From a virus (Duplodnaviria > Caudoviricetes): a DNA stretch of 63,987 bases. The notes beneath the pieces were generated by a model. It was not told the DNA's origin and did not search any database. It was given only the letters and a program-made list of their open reading frames with translations. The DNA lies in IMG/VR virus record IMGVR_UViG_3300047509_000028, positions 1 through 63,987 of that record; one strand, written 5' to 3'. Position 1 is the first letter of the stretch, and the number at the start of each line of letters is the position of its first letter. Positions 1 through 8,660 of the stretch are shown here, piece by piece. A program made the position numbers and the translations under genes.

Positions 1-245
1 CAGTGCTAGGAAAGCAAAGACCGCTCTCCGCTAATCAGTGCTAGGACGGCGCGGGATCGCGCTACAGGCCGGGGAGTCGCCGCTCTACAGGGGAGTCAAG
101 CGCAAGCGTGTTCACGTTGCCCAGCGCCGCCTAGCCAGTCCTACCGTAGCGCCCGCATCGGCCCTGTCAAGTCCCCGGCTTGGCCTCAGTAGAACATGCT
201 ACAGCCCAAAGCGCAAGCGGTTTTCGTGCTGTCTTTGTAAGCCTA

Positions 246-280
246 TAAATGAAAGCGGCGCAGTAATTAACTGCGCCGCT
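246..280 (-). terminator. Rho-independent terminator after the early leftward operon
   Basis: 11-bp stem AGCGGCGCAGT/ACTGCGCCGCT (254-280) followed on the minus strand by TTCATTT, just downstream of ORF 302-715. Confidence 0.7.
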
Positions 281-301
281 CGGGTACTACGTACTGCTCT
301 T

Positions 302-715
302 TTACGCATCAATCTCGATACCGTCCGGGTCAACCTCAGCCGGTGCTTCGGCGTCATCCGCTGCGGTACGTGCGCCAGCGTGCCACACAACCAGTTCCGG
401 CTTGCCGCTGCCGCTGCCGTCTGCGTTGGTCGGCTCACCCAACGGGTAGAACCGGGTCACGACCTTGATCTTCTGGCGCTTCGCCGTCATGGCGATAGCG
501 GATTGCTTCTGGCGAGCCTTGCGCGCTGCATCTTCGGCAACGGTCAACGGCGTACCGTCTTGTTTCTTCTGGCCGTTCTTGCCCTCGACCGTCAGCACGA
601 AGCTATCGCCCTGCACCAGCGATGCGAAATTGTACTTCGGGCTACGCGGTGCGAAGTGCATATCACGCTTCGGGATCGCTACGTTTTTACGGACAACAAT
701 GGTGAACTCGCTCAT
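302..715 (-). CDS. hypothetical protein (137 aa)
   Basis: AAAGGAG RBS upstream; ends before the terminator; KYNFASL..GDSF segment typical of small phage DNA-binding proteins. Confidence 0.75.
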   Translation of the reverse strand: MSEFTIVVRKNVAIPKRDMHFAPRSPKYNFASLVQGDSFVLTVEGKNGQKKQDGTPLTVAEDAARKARQKQSAIAMTAKRQKIKVVTRFYPLGEPTNADGSGSGKPELVVWHAGARTAADDAEAPAEVDPDGIEIDA

Positions 716-791
716 AAGTTACTCCTTTGTAGTGGGCTGGATTGCCCGGTAAGTCAGGACTCCCCGACGTATGGCTAGTGTTTCATAGGTT

Positions 792-1085
792 TTACTCGTT
801 GTCAACAGGCGCGTCCAATTCTTTTTCGTGGGCAACGGCCCACAGCGTTTTCGTTAGCTCCTGTAGCTTGGTCGCCTGTACCGGCCTGCGACGGTCAATG
901 TAATACCAGCCCCGCAAGTACCAAATGCGCCCGGTATCTCGGCCAAGTGCCTTACAAGCCGCTTCGTAATCCTTAATTAAAGAATTACTTTTTATAGCGG
1001 AAGCGTGTTGTCGTCTTGTTCTTTCGTTCTTTCGTATCTGCGCTAGCTTCTTGTCGCATTCTATTTTCCTGTATTGGTAGCTCAC
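792..1085 (-). CDS. hypothetical basic protein, probable paralog of 1636-1887
   Basis: GTGA overlap with the upstream stop; shares the pattern Y..A.KA...W...V...L.ELT..L with 1636-1887. Confidence 0.65.
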   Translation of the reverse strand: MSYQYRKIECDKKLAQIRKNERTRRQHASAIKSNSLIKDYEAACKALGRDTGRIWYLRGWYYIDRRRPVQATKLQELTKTLWAVAHEKELDAPVDNE

Positions 1086-1627
1086 GTTATGTCTCCTGTC
1101 CAGTGTTCCGGCTTTACCCGCTCGTTCGCGCGTGTTAAGTACGTCGTCCCCTCCTGTATCCGTGCATGGCGTACATCACTTACCTCAAACCTCCCTGCGC
1201 CGGGAGTAGCATAGACGTACCGCACGCGCTTGCGTTGCCGCAGATCGTACTCGTTTTTAAACTTCACGTCCGCTCGACCGCCCAGCGCACGGCATACCCT
1301 AACCCAGCCTTCGTTATGCCCGCTGCCCAAGTGCGGGCGCACGAAGCATACCAGATGCGCTATTTCATGGGGTACTGTCTCCGCTAAGAAATCCTCTACG
1401 TTCTGCGCGATGGCAAGCCTGTTCACGATTACGTTAATATCCGCCCCATGAAGCTGTGCTAGCGCGGCGTTGTGCTTCTTTGTAATGCGATTGATGGTCG
1501 CATTCTCTAGCAGCACGATATTAAACGTAGCGAACTCGTTATCGTCAATGACGTAGCGCATACAGGCTTCCGACCAAACCTCCCTGAGCCGCGTCGCTAC
1601 GCGGCTCTCGTCTGCGGTAATGTCCAT
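1082..1627 (-). CDS. SprT-like zinc metalloprotease
   Basis: ETVPHEIAH...GH..GW motif; start reassigned to ATG 1627 after an AGGAG RBS. Confidence 0.8.
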   Translation of the reverse strand: MDITADESRVATRLREVWSEACMRYVIDDNEFATFNIVLLENATINRITKKHNAALAQLHGADINVIVNRLAIAQNVEDFLAETVPHEIAHLVCFVRPHLGSGHNEGWVRVCRALGGRADVKFKNEYDLRQRKRVRYVYATPGAGRFEVSDVRHARIQEGTTYLTRANERVKPEHWTGDIT

Positions 1628-1635
1628 GATAGCTC

Positions 1636-1887
1636 CTACAGGCTGGCCCTGTTCCGTAATTGCGTGGTCAACTCCCGCAGCCTGCGCAGCCTGACACGTT
1701 GCGGCTGGCCTCGCAAGGTACACCATACCCCGTCGAAGCTTACCCCCGGCAGGATGCCGTAGACGGCTTTGTACGCTTCCCTGTAGGCATCCAGCGCGTG
1801 TTGTTGTGTCTTACTCGGCTTAAATGGCTTCCTGCGGTGTAGCGGCAGGGGAATGCTCTTGCGGATATGCGGCATGGCGGCGATCAT
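1636..1887 (-). CDS. hypothetical basic protein
   Basis: ATGA coupling to the upstream gene; similar to 792-1085. Confidence 0.6.
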   Translation of the reverse strand: MIAAMPHIRKSIPLPLHRRKPFKPSKTQQHALDAYREAYKAVYGILPGVSFDGVWCTLRGQPQRVRLRRLRELTTQLRNRASL

Positions 1888-2273
1888 TCCACTCTCCAAG
1901 TTCTTGTTTCGCTAATGAACCGAACGCTGCGCTCGTTGCCCAGTGCCATGCAACCAAACGCTACCCATCCTCGTACTTCCTCTAGTGTTAACTCCGTGCC
2001 GATACTCTCGCCCTCGCTGTCCGTTGCCAGTATCAAGCCCTTGCCTGCGAGATACGCGGGGTTACCGCCTTCGACTCGGAACATGCCGACTGTGTTCCGT
2101 TTGCCGTTAAGCAACCCCTCGTCGTCAACGTAGATTGTATTCTCGGCTCCGTCTCCGAGTCTCACGCAATCGAATAGCTCCGCGTCTATTAGTTTGCAGA
2201 TGCTTTTATAGTCTCCGTCGTACTCGACCTCTGTTACTGCTTCGTTTTGCGGGTCTATAAGAATGGCGCGCAT
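1884..2273 (-). CDS. DUF3846-like conserved phage protein
   Basis: MRAILIDP...IYVDDEGLL...LAGKGLI pattern; GGGAG RBS before ATG 2273. Confidence 0.7.
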   Translation of the reverse strand: MRAILIDPQNEAVTEVEYDGDYKSICKLIDAELFDCVRLGDGAENTIYVDDEGLLNGKRNTVGMFRVEGGNPAYLAGKGLILATDSEGESIGTELTLEEVRGWVAFGCMALGNERSVRFISETRTWRVE

Positions 2274-2274
2274 G

Positions 2275-2655
2275 TTATTCTCCCGGTGTCTGCATCTGTT
2301 CCCACGTCCACGGCGTATTAGCCGCAATCTTTGGCGCGTAACCGCCGCCGTATCGCACTGTATGCTTGTCCAAGTCTACCACGAAAATGCCTGCATCGCC
2401 ATGCGAATCGTCCGCAGTTAGCAGTGCATCGCAGTTCCATACGCCTACTCCTAATACCTCACCCATGTTACTCTCACAAGCGTAACTAACTAGCCTTGCG
2501 AAGCCGTACGATACATCCGCGCCTCTCTTAATCAGGAAGCGGTCAAAGAATGAATCTAACAGTGCTGGTGTACCTTTACCTCCCCAGTGTAAGTACAGCA
2601 CTGGACTCAGTTCGCCTTGCGAATCGGTTAATTGGATTAGTGCACGGTCGCCCAT
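2275..2655 (-). CDS. conserved phage hypothetical protein
   Basis: MGDRALI...LYLHWGG N-terminus; AAAGGA RBS. Confidence 0.7.
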   Translation of the reverse strand: MGDRALIQLTDSQGELSPVLYLHWGGKGTPALLDSFFDRFLIKRGADVSYGFARLVSYACESNMGEVLGVGVWNCDALLTADDSHGDAGIFVVDLDKHTVRYGGGYAPKIAANTPWTWEQMQTPGE

Positions 2656-2709
2656 GATGATAGTTCCTTTATTATCCTACTGCCGCGTAGCGCGCGGCTC
2701 GCTTACTTC

Positions 2710-3564
2710 TTACTCGCTCCTGTCCAGCACCCGCTGCTTTTCTAACTGCGCGTTCACCCATGCTACCGGGTCACGCTCGAACAACTCGGCATCATCCAGA
2801 TAACCGCCTTGCATGAATACGTCCTGCGGTTCTAACTGCAACAGACGGCGCAGCAGCTTACCACGCTTCTCGCTTCCGACTGTACCCTCCCACCCGCCGC
2901 CGATTAAGCTTTCGCCTGTTACCGTACTTACGTGGTTAAAGCACACTGTACGTGCGAAGCTTGTTGAAGTCAGCACGGCTACACACTGCGCGAGACTGAT
3001 CGGATGCGAGTCTAACTGCACGCGCCCAGTGCAAACAAACTCAGGGATAGCGTGCGACACGGTATGATACGACGCCCACAACTCGACCGGACGTTCCTCA
3101 CTCATCCGCATCACTAACGCTGCTATTGCCGCACCACGACGGATGATCGCATCCTCGCCCACGCCAGCCGATACCATCACCTCTACCACCACGCGCACGG
3201 GTGCCGCTTCACTCTCAACCAACTGCCGCATCCGCATATGCCCCGGCTCGCCTGCTAGATACTCAGGCACGATAGGATATGCCCCTACTACGCTCGGCAT
3301 CCACTGCACTACATGCCGATCATGCAGGCCGCTGTCGATCTTGTCGATTAACTCGCGGGTCGTGCGGTAGCCTCGCTCGTTCACTGTGGCACCATCGCGG
3401 ATATATTTAATGGACTCCGCTAAGTCCCGCCCGCCTGCCCAACTCAGATGCGAACCGATACTATTCTTATCAACCCCCTGCGCCGCGACCTTGAGAAAGT
3501 CCGGCATACTCTCGGTGATGGTGATGAAACGATTAACGCCTTTGTCAACTGTTGGCTTGTTCAT
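2710..3564 (-). CDS. probable vWA-like partner of the adjacent AAA+ ATPase
   Basis: Directly downstream of the AAA gene; VPEYLAGEP and VRVVVEVMVSAG degenerate vWA-type segments. Confidence 0.55.
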   Translation of the reverse strand: MNKPTVDKGVNRFITITESMPDFLKVAAQGVDKNSIGSHLSWAGGRDLAESIKYIRDGATVNERGYRTTRELIDKIDSGLHDRHVVQWMPSVVGAYPIVPEYLAGEPGHMRMRQLVESEAAPVRVVVEVMVSAGVGEDAIIRRGAAIAALVMRMSEERPVELWASYHTVSHAIPEFVCTGRVQLDSHPISLAQCVAVLTSTSFARTVCFNHVSTVTGESLIGGGWEGTVGSEKRGKLLRRLLQLEPQDVFMQGGYLDDAELFERDPVAWVNAQLEKQRVLDRSE

Positions 3565-3589
3565 GTCACTTCCTTTGTCAGTGCGTTAG

Positions 3590-4951
3590 TTAAACGTTGG
3601 CGTGTTGGCGAATGCGTGCGATCTGTTCCTCAGTCAACCCTTTCCATACCAGCATGTTCAGACATTGCGCCTCGGAGAAACCAGCCCTTAGCAGGGCTGC
3701 ACCACGTATGCTAGCACGCGGGCTTACTACATGCTTCACGTCGCCGCTTGTCACGATAGCCTTGCGGATACGCTGTACCTTGTTCGTCCATAGGTCGTTG
3801 CCTGCCAGCGCACGCTCGAAGCTTTCATCATACGCCCAGTCCATCATAACAAACCTGTCCGTTGTTGCCTTGTCCAGCTTGTTCCGGCCAACGTAATCAT
3901 GCGTTGCCCCGTTGCCCCATGTGTTCGCGGTAGCGATGATGATGTTATCTGTATGCCGCGTGATCCGCTCACCTGCGAAGTCACACTGTCCGTTCTCAAG
4001 CATCATGCACAGAGCGACTAGCGCTTGCGGACTACCTGCATCCAGTTCATCCATCAGCAGCACCGATGGTACGCCATAACTGCGACTGCACTCAGTCTCC
4101 ACCCGCGCGCCTGTAGCCCCGCGATAGCCTAGCACCTTGTATTCCGTGTCCACCGCGCCGACGTGGTAATACGGGACGCCTAGAGCCTGCGCCACGGCCA
4201 TTGCTGCGCGTGTCTTGCCGGAACCGGCTGGCCCCGGTAGCAGGATCGGATAGCTGTAACCATCGCTGCCCTTCGTGCTAGCTAACTTAAGCAACTCCGG
4301 GAATTGATTATGCTGCACGCCTACGTTGACCGGCTCGCGTTCCCCGTTGTCGCTGCTTACCACGATCTGCTGCGGTAAGTTAATACCCCGCAGTTCCTCG
4401 CGGACTAGCTCACGCACCGCTTCGCTGTCCATGCTTCCGACGCCTAACGCCTCGCGTAATACCTGCGCGAGCGCATCGTTACTAGCAGCGTGCTTGGGCT
4501 TCACGTTCGCCGGTTCGGCTTTCGCTACCGGCTTGCTGTCCTGTTCTGCATTGTACGCTTCTTGCTCGTCATGCGACGGCTCAGGTTCTACCCTGTAGCT
4601 TTCCCCCGGTATCGGTACGTTCTTGCGCACTCCCGGCTTGTTGTATCCGGGATTGGCGTCGCTGCTGTTAATAAACTCCGTCATCGGCTTGCCTTGCTTG
4701 TTCGGTCGTGCCTTGTAAGCTGCCGCGCGTTGCTCCATCGCCGGAACGGCTTGCTCTAGTGCGTCGCGGTGCTGCGGATATTCTCGCAGTAGCCATTCAG
4801 CAAAGTGTGCTTTGCGTGGGGTTTCAAACCGTGTCTGCCAGTTTACGGTGACACCGCAGACGGTCTTAGCTAGCAGTTCAATGTCGCTGGTAATGCAGTT
4901 CGCTATTCTGCACGCGAGGTCACTTGAAAAACTGAAGTTATAGGTAGGCAT
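3590..4951 (-). CDS. MoxR/CobS-like AAA+ ATPase
   Basis: Walker A GPAGSGKT, Walker B LLMDE, sensor ATANT, LDKATTDRF arginine finger, SPR motif. Confidence 0.85.
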   Translation of the reverse strand: MPTYNFSFSSDLACRIANCITSDIELLAKTVCGVTVNWQTRFETPRKAHFAEWLLREYPQHRDALEQAVPAMEQRAAAYKARPNKQGKPMTEFINSSDANPGYNKPGVRKNVPIPGESYRVEPEPSHDEQEAYNAEQDSKPVAKAEPANVKPKHAASNDALAQVLREALGVGSMDSEAVRELVREELRGINLPQQIVVSSDNGEREPVNVGVQHNQFPELLKLASTKGSDGYSYPILLPGPAGSGKTRAAMAVAQALGVPYYHVGAVDTEYKVLGYRGATGARVETECSRSYGVPSVLLMDELDAGSPQALVALCMMLENGQCDFAGERITRHTDNIIIATANTWGNGATHDYVGRNKLDKATTDRFVMMDWAYDESFERALAGNDLWTNKVQRIRKAIVTSGDVKHVVSPRASIRGAALLRAGFSEAQCLNMLVWKGLTEEQIARIRQHANV

Positions 4952-5012
4952 GGTACGTTCTTCCTTTGAGGGTCTTAAAGACTGGTGCGCTTAGAGCGCG
5001 TGAATGCTACTG

Positions 5013-5192
5013 TTAAAGCTCATCTGCGAAGCGTGCCACTCGAACCGCCCGATCATGCGCGCTGATCCTTTCGTTGTCAAGCGCTTCCCTATTCTGGCGC
5101 TCGCGTTGTACTGCTTTTTCTTTCCGCCTACGATACTTTACATCTTGTGGCGACAGTTTCCAGCTAGGCTGATTCCAGAATGCAGTGTTCAT
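5013..5192 (-). CDS. small hypothetical protein (59 aa, MNTAFWNQPSW...)
   Basis: Read manually; ATGA overlap with the stop of 5189-5548. Confidence 0.5.
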   Translation of the reverse strand: MNTAFWNQPSWKLSPQDVKYRRRKEKAVQRERQNREALDNERISAHDRAVRVARFADEL

Positions 5193-5548
5193 TCTGCTAC
5201 TCCTTGCGCGTCGTCAATGGCGGATAACGCTTCCGCTAGCGCATCGTCGTCCCCTAAGTTCGCCGTGTCTGCGAACGTACCAGCCACTTCCTCCATGTAA
5301 CTAACTGCCCTGTCCATCGCTTCGATTGCGTCATTCATCGCGCTACCTTTGTCGCCATCCTGTTGCGACTCGGGCAGATTATCATACGCTTCCTGTTCCT
5401 CGTCGTGCACTTCGTTTACTGCATCCCTGATCGTTTCCAATTGATCCGCTATCTCCCGCGATTCTCGCATACAAGCATTAATGCGCGCGGCCATTCCGTT
5501 CAGTGCATCATACTGCACTTGCAGGTCTTTTCTACGTTGCTTATTCAT
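5189..5548 (-). CDS. hypothetical acidic coiled-coil protein
   Basis: MNKQRRK...EEQEAYDNLPES motif seen in phage early proteins; AAAGGAAG RBS. Confidence 0.7.
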   Translation of the reverse strand: MNKQRRKDLQVQYDALNGMAARINACMRESREIADQLETIRDAVNEVHDEEQEAYDNLPESQQDGDKGSAMNDAIEAMDRAVSYMEEVAGTFADTANLGDDDALAEALSAIDDAQGVAE

Positions 5549-5571
5549 GTTATCTTCCTTTGTAGGCTACT

Positions 5572-5633
5572 GGCCTCGTCAGCTAGAGCGATACTCTAGG
5601 AAGCTGCGCGATTCACTGCGCAGCGTTTCGGCC
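5572..5633 (-). ncRNA. hammerhead ribozyme (stem II open, type II topology)
   Basis: Minus strand: GGCC-GAAA-C-GCUGCGC(AGUGAAUC)GCGCAGC-UUC-CUAGAG(UAUCG)CUCUAG-CUGACGA-GGCC; full CUGANGA/GAAA core, NUH site and three stems. Confidence 0.85.
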
Positions 5634-5635
5634 TG

Positions 5636-5824
5636 TTAGTTAATGCCGCATGCTTCCATGAATGTTTCGCGGGCGAAGCGTGGATTATCCTGTTTCGCGT
5701 ACGTTGTATATTGCTCTGCCACCGTCTTGAGGGCCTGATGCACTCGCAAGTGATTATCTGCCCCATGAATCTCGTATACGTTGCGCAGTATCGCCGCAAT
5801 CGCTTTATAGTCTTTGCGCGTCAT
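5636..5824 (-). CDS. small conserved phage hypothetical protein
   Basis: MTRKDY..IA...DNPRF....F..ACG pattern; GGGAG RBS. Confidence 0.7.
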   Translation of the reverse strand: MTRKDYKAIAAILRNVYEIHGADNHLRVHQALKTVAEQYTTYAKQDNPRFARETFMEACGIN

Positions 5825-5881
5825 GGTAGTGCTCCCGATTACTAGCGCGGAATTGCGCTAGGTTGCTGCTGCTGCGTGGCG

Positions 5882-5911
5882 ATGATAGTTCCTCGCGGTT
5901 GCCCGCGTCAA
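5882..5911 (-). promoter_or_regulatory. sigma70-like promoter
   Basis: TTGACG-N18-TATCAT in an intergenic region. Confidence 0.55.
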
Positions 5912-5918
5912 GCCTGCG

Positions 5919-6896
5919 CTAGTAACTAAAGTTCTTAAGTTGCGAAGCAAACCACGCCCGATGTTCAATGTTCCGCAGGTACTTGCGGTAACGCTTTACT
6001 GGCAAGCCAAGCTCCGTTATTAGTTCTACGAACCTTCGCTGATCGTACTGCCACTGATCCGCAGGGTTATCGCGCTTAACGTACTTAGGCGCCGTCTTGT
6101 CCTGCGCTTTCATTTTACCTTCAACGTAGCTAACATACGCCACCACAAACGCAATGTAAAGCTCATGCTCCCGCACATTGTTCGGTGCTTGGAAACAACG
6201 AAACTCAAGTGTACCAGAGTGACCGTAGTGGGTGCGCCTTAACACGTTACTCTTACCCGACACGTCTATGTCACCGAAACGCGCGGCCCGGTTCTGCGGT
6301 TTTTCGAGCGGCGCGCAGTTCTCATCGTCGGCATAGTAACTAAACGCCCGAGTAATGTAAGGCCTATGGTACATATCCCATGCAGCGTACTCGGTAAACG
6401 TGTGGCCTAACTTCTCCGAGCCTACGTGGATATGCGCTCCGCCGCCCACACAAAACTCCGGTGCGGTATTACTAAACCCTACGCAGCGCATGATGCGATC
6501 GTAGTAATAAGCGACGCTGCTAAACTCTGTGTAATCACTGCACGGGTTTGTTGCAATTTCCACGCATCCGCAGTCTGTATCCCGGCTCCATGTTCTGACT
6601 GTTCCAGCGCGTAGCGCTTCGAGCATCTGTTCGCGGTATTCGCTACTGTAATACTCGCCGGTAGACCTTGCATAACCATACGCATCCAACGGGAACGGCG
6701 GCACCCATGTTAGCTCTACCCCGAGGGTATGCGGGAAAGGTACTGCTGTCTGCGCCATCGTTGAAGCTAGAGCCTTCACCTTTATCGCGCGGATTGCTTT
6801 CGCTGTTGGCGGCTTCCAGTATGGCCCGCCTAGTGTTATGGGTGACAGCTTGCAGGCTTCATCTAAGGTCAGCGGTCTTACTAGCTGAGTGTTCAT
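5919..6896 (-). CDS. putative amidoligase (COOH-NH2 ligase fold)
   Basis: TLGVEL, VEIAT, GGGAHIHVG and TLEFR motifs. Confidence 0.7.
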   Translation of the reverse strand: MNTQLVRPLTLDEACKLSPITLGGPYWKPPTAKAIRAIKVKALASTMAQTAVPFPHTLGVELTWVPPFPLDAYGYARSTGEYYSSEYREQMLEALRAGTVRTWSRDTDCGCVEIATNPCSDYTEFSSVAYYYDRIMRCVGFSNTAPEFCVGGGAHIHVGSEKLGHTFTEYAAWDMYHRPYITRAFSYYADDENCAPLEKPQNRAARFGDIDVSGKSNVLRRTHYGHSGTLEFRCFQAPNNVREHELYIAFVVAYVSYVEGKMKAQDKTAPKYVKRDNPADQWQYDQRRFVELITELGLPVKRYRKYLRNIEHRAWFASQLKNFSY

Positions 6897-6910
6897 GTTG
6901 CATCCTCCTG

Positions 6911-7255
6911 TTAGGATTTAATTATATCATTCAGTTCGTCGTCCGTCGCTTCATGTTCCTCCGGTTCGCCGGTTCTACTAATCGTAGTCGGCTCCGTGGT
7001 CTTGAAATACCCTGTTACCTGCGCTGTCGCAAACTTCCGCATCGTCTTTGCTTGTGTCACATGCGCCGCTGCTTTGCCTCGCAGTTCCTCGACTAGCGCC
7101 GTGGTTTGCTTGTATTCCTCTGCGGCTGCTACTGCGCGGCGCTTTGCTGCGCCTGCTTTGCTTTCCATGCGTTCGGCTTCTCCATTAAACTTGCGAGCGA
7201 GTTTGTCATGCTCGCGGGCCTCTACCTCTAAACGGTGTAACTTTATACCTGCCAT
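6911..7255 (-). CDS. hypothetical coiled-coil protein
   Basis: AAAGGAG RBS before ATG 7255. Confidence 0.65.
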   Translation of the reverse strand: MAGIKLHRLEVEAREHDKLARKFNGEAERMESKAGAAKRRAVAAAEEYKQTTALVEELRGKAAAHVTQAKTMRKFATAQVTGYFKTTEPTTISRTGEPEEHEATDDELNDIIKS

Positions 7256-7308
7256 TGTGATACTCCTTTGCCGGTTGTGTTGCGGTTGGTTATTAACGGG
7301 GTTGAGTC

Positions 7309-7490
7309 GCACTAGGTTGAAACATGAAACGCGCACCTGATTGAAACATGCAACGAGGCACTAGTTTGAAACATGAAACAAGACACCGGGCCGAAACATG
7401 CTGCATCGCACCGGCTTGAAACGTGCTGCACGCACCGAGTTGAAACAGGCTGCATTAGAGTGAAACAGAGAGCCTATGAAACACGCTGCA
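7309..7490. repeat. degenerate ~25-bp tandem repeat array, consensus GCACNNGNTTGAAACATG(AAAC/CTGCA)
   Basis: GAAAC cores at 7319, 7343, 7368, 7393, 7418, 7442, 7462 and 7478; a related copy near 7736-7756. Confidence 0.85.
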
Positions 7491-7565
7491 TCCAGCGGTG
7501 GCGCAGGCTGTGGGGCAGAATTGGGAGTCTGTTTCATTTTGGAAAAGGATAGAGAGGATTTCATA

Positions 7566-7594
7566 AGGGTAGCATATACTAAGATACAAGTCAA
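7566..7594 (-). promoter_or_regulatory. sigma70-like early promoter
   Basis: TTGACT-N17-TACCCT with TG extended -10, pointing through the repeat array into the early operon. Confidence 0.6.
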
Positions 7595-7851
7595 CCCTCC
7601 CCTTTACTAATATAATCCAATACAATATGTTTCTCTTCTTTCCCTTGCTGCATGGGAGAATCGTGCTGTACGCCATACTGGATCAACGCTACCAGCGATT
7701 TTATTTTCGCTGCATGCTTGCTGCATACACCAATCCGAAACATGAAACAAGCCACCATTAGGAAACACGCAACAGATTAGTTAAAATGGTATCTAACGCA
7801 CTAACATTTCCGATACTGCCGTGCGGGAAACCGCACGGCAGGCGCAGTTTG

Positions 7852-8229
7852 CTAGGCCGCAATCTTTTCGACTTGCATTACATGGTAGACGTACGTCTTT
7901 TTCATGTAACTTTTGCGCTGGCCGTCTGCTTTGTCCGTCCAAAATCGCAACGTCTGAACCTGCACGCCATTATACTTTTCCGCTGGCATGACCTTGTAAC
8001 CAAGCGCCAGCCAAGCGTATGCGGTAAACACGTTCACGCGCGGGATAATTGCGCCGGGCAGTATGCCAAACTTGCCGAAGCCTTCCATGATTGCCGCATA
8101 GTTAAGCAAGCTTTCTTGGCTAACAGCATTATGCAAGCATGCGACTGCGATGCGCTCTTTGTTTGTCTCGGCAGGTTGATTCAATGCGGCATTAATGCGA
8201 CGGCGGCTGATTTTCTTGGAAGCGTTCAT
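7852..8229 (-). CDS. hypothetical protein with ArdC-like ssDNA-binding motif
   Basis: NVFTAYAWLALGYKV...YVYHVMQV pattern; GAGGA RBS. Confidence 0.55.
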   Translation of the reverse strand: MNASKKISRRRINAALNQPAETNKERIAVACLHNAVSQESLLNYAAIMEGFGKFGILPGAIIPRVNVFTAYAWLALGYKVMPAEKYNGVQVQTLRFWTDKADGQRKSYMKKTYVYHVMQVEKIAA

Positions 8230-8630
8230 GGTATATCCTCAGGTTATGTTGCAGTTTGATTTAGTTTAATGCGATTTAGTTAGGGTTAATACTCTTTTCC
8301 TAACCCTATTATCCGGCCCGCATTACTACCGGATGCATCCATTATACTACTTCGCAACCCCACAAGCTAACTAAATCCCGTCGCAATAATTAACTATGCA
8401 AACTAACCTAGTTAATACCTGTTTTCTGCGCCTACTGCCCGCTTATCTGCGCGAACTGCGGCCCTACCCCCCATGCGGACTACGCAGCCCTGCACCCCCT
8501 CCGTCGCGCGCGCGACACACCTCGCCTCTCGTGCGCTAGACACGTTACTAAACACCCTAAAAATTTCCCCCGCTAAAATACTCGCCCCCAAATACTACGC
8601 AACAAAATTCACGCAACAAAGCTAACGCTC

Positions 8631-8660
8631 TTGACAGACTTCACCTAAAAGTTCTACACT
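8631..8660 (+). promoter_or_regulatory. sigma70-like promoter for the packaging/late block
   Basis: TTGACA-N18-TACACT about 35 nt upstream of ORF 8695. Confidence 0.65.

Noticed and set aside
180-232. Degenerate hammerhead (GAAA...CUGAGGC on the minus strand)
   Set aside because: No NUH site at the right position, A9 missing, weak stems
38-778. 246-aa plus-strand ORF and other long antisense ORFs across the window
   Set aside because: They shadow well-supported opposite-strand genes and lack an RBS or recognisable motifs
745-790. Second hammerhead (GAAAC...GUC...CUGAC on the minus strand)
   Set aside because: The core reads CUGACUU rather than CUGANGA, and stems II and III do not form
5596-5799. 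67-aa minus-strand ORF
   Set aside because: Out-of-frame overlap with the better-supported 5636-5824 gene, and it runs into the hammerhead
778-7484. 12-nt complement between 778-789 and repeat unit 7473-7484 (CCTATGAAACAC)
   Set aside because: Many 12-mer matches are expected by chance in 64 kb; no further support
7309-7490. CRISPR array
   Set aside because: The period is only ~25 bp, the repeats are degenerate, there are no spacer-length unique segments, and there is no cas operon (the Cas4-like gene is an ordinary phage replication nuclease)
7817-7841. Strong 11-bp hairpin as a Rho-independent terminator
   Set aside because: No adjacent U-tract on either strand; it is a real hairpin but its role cannot be assigned
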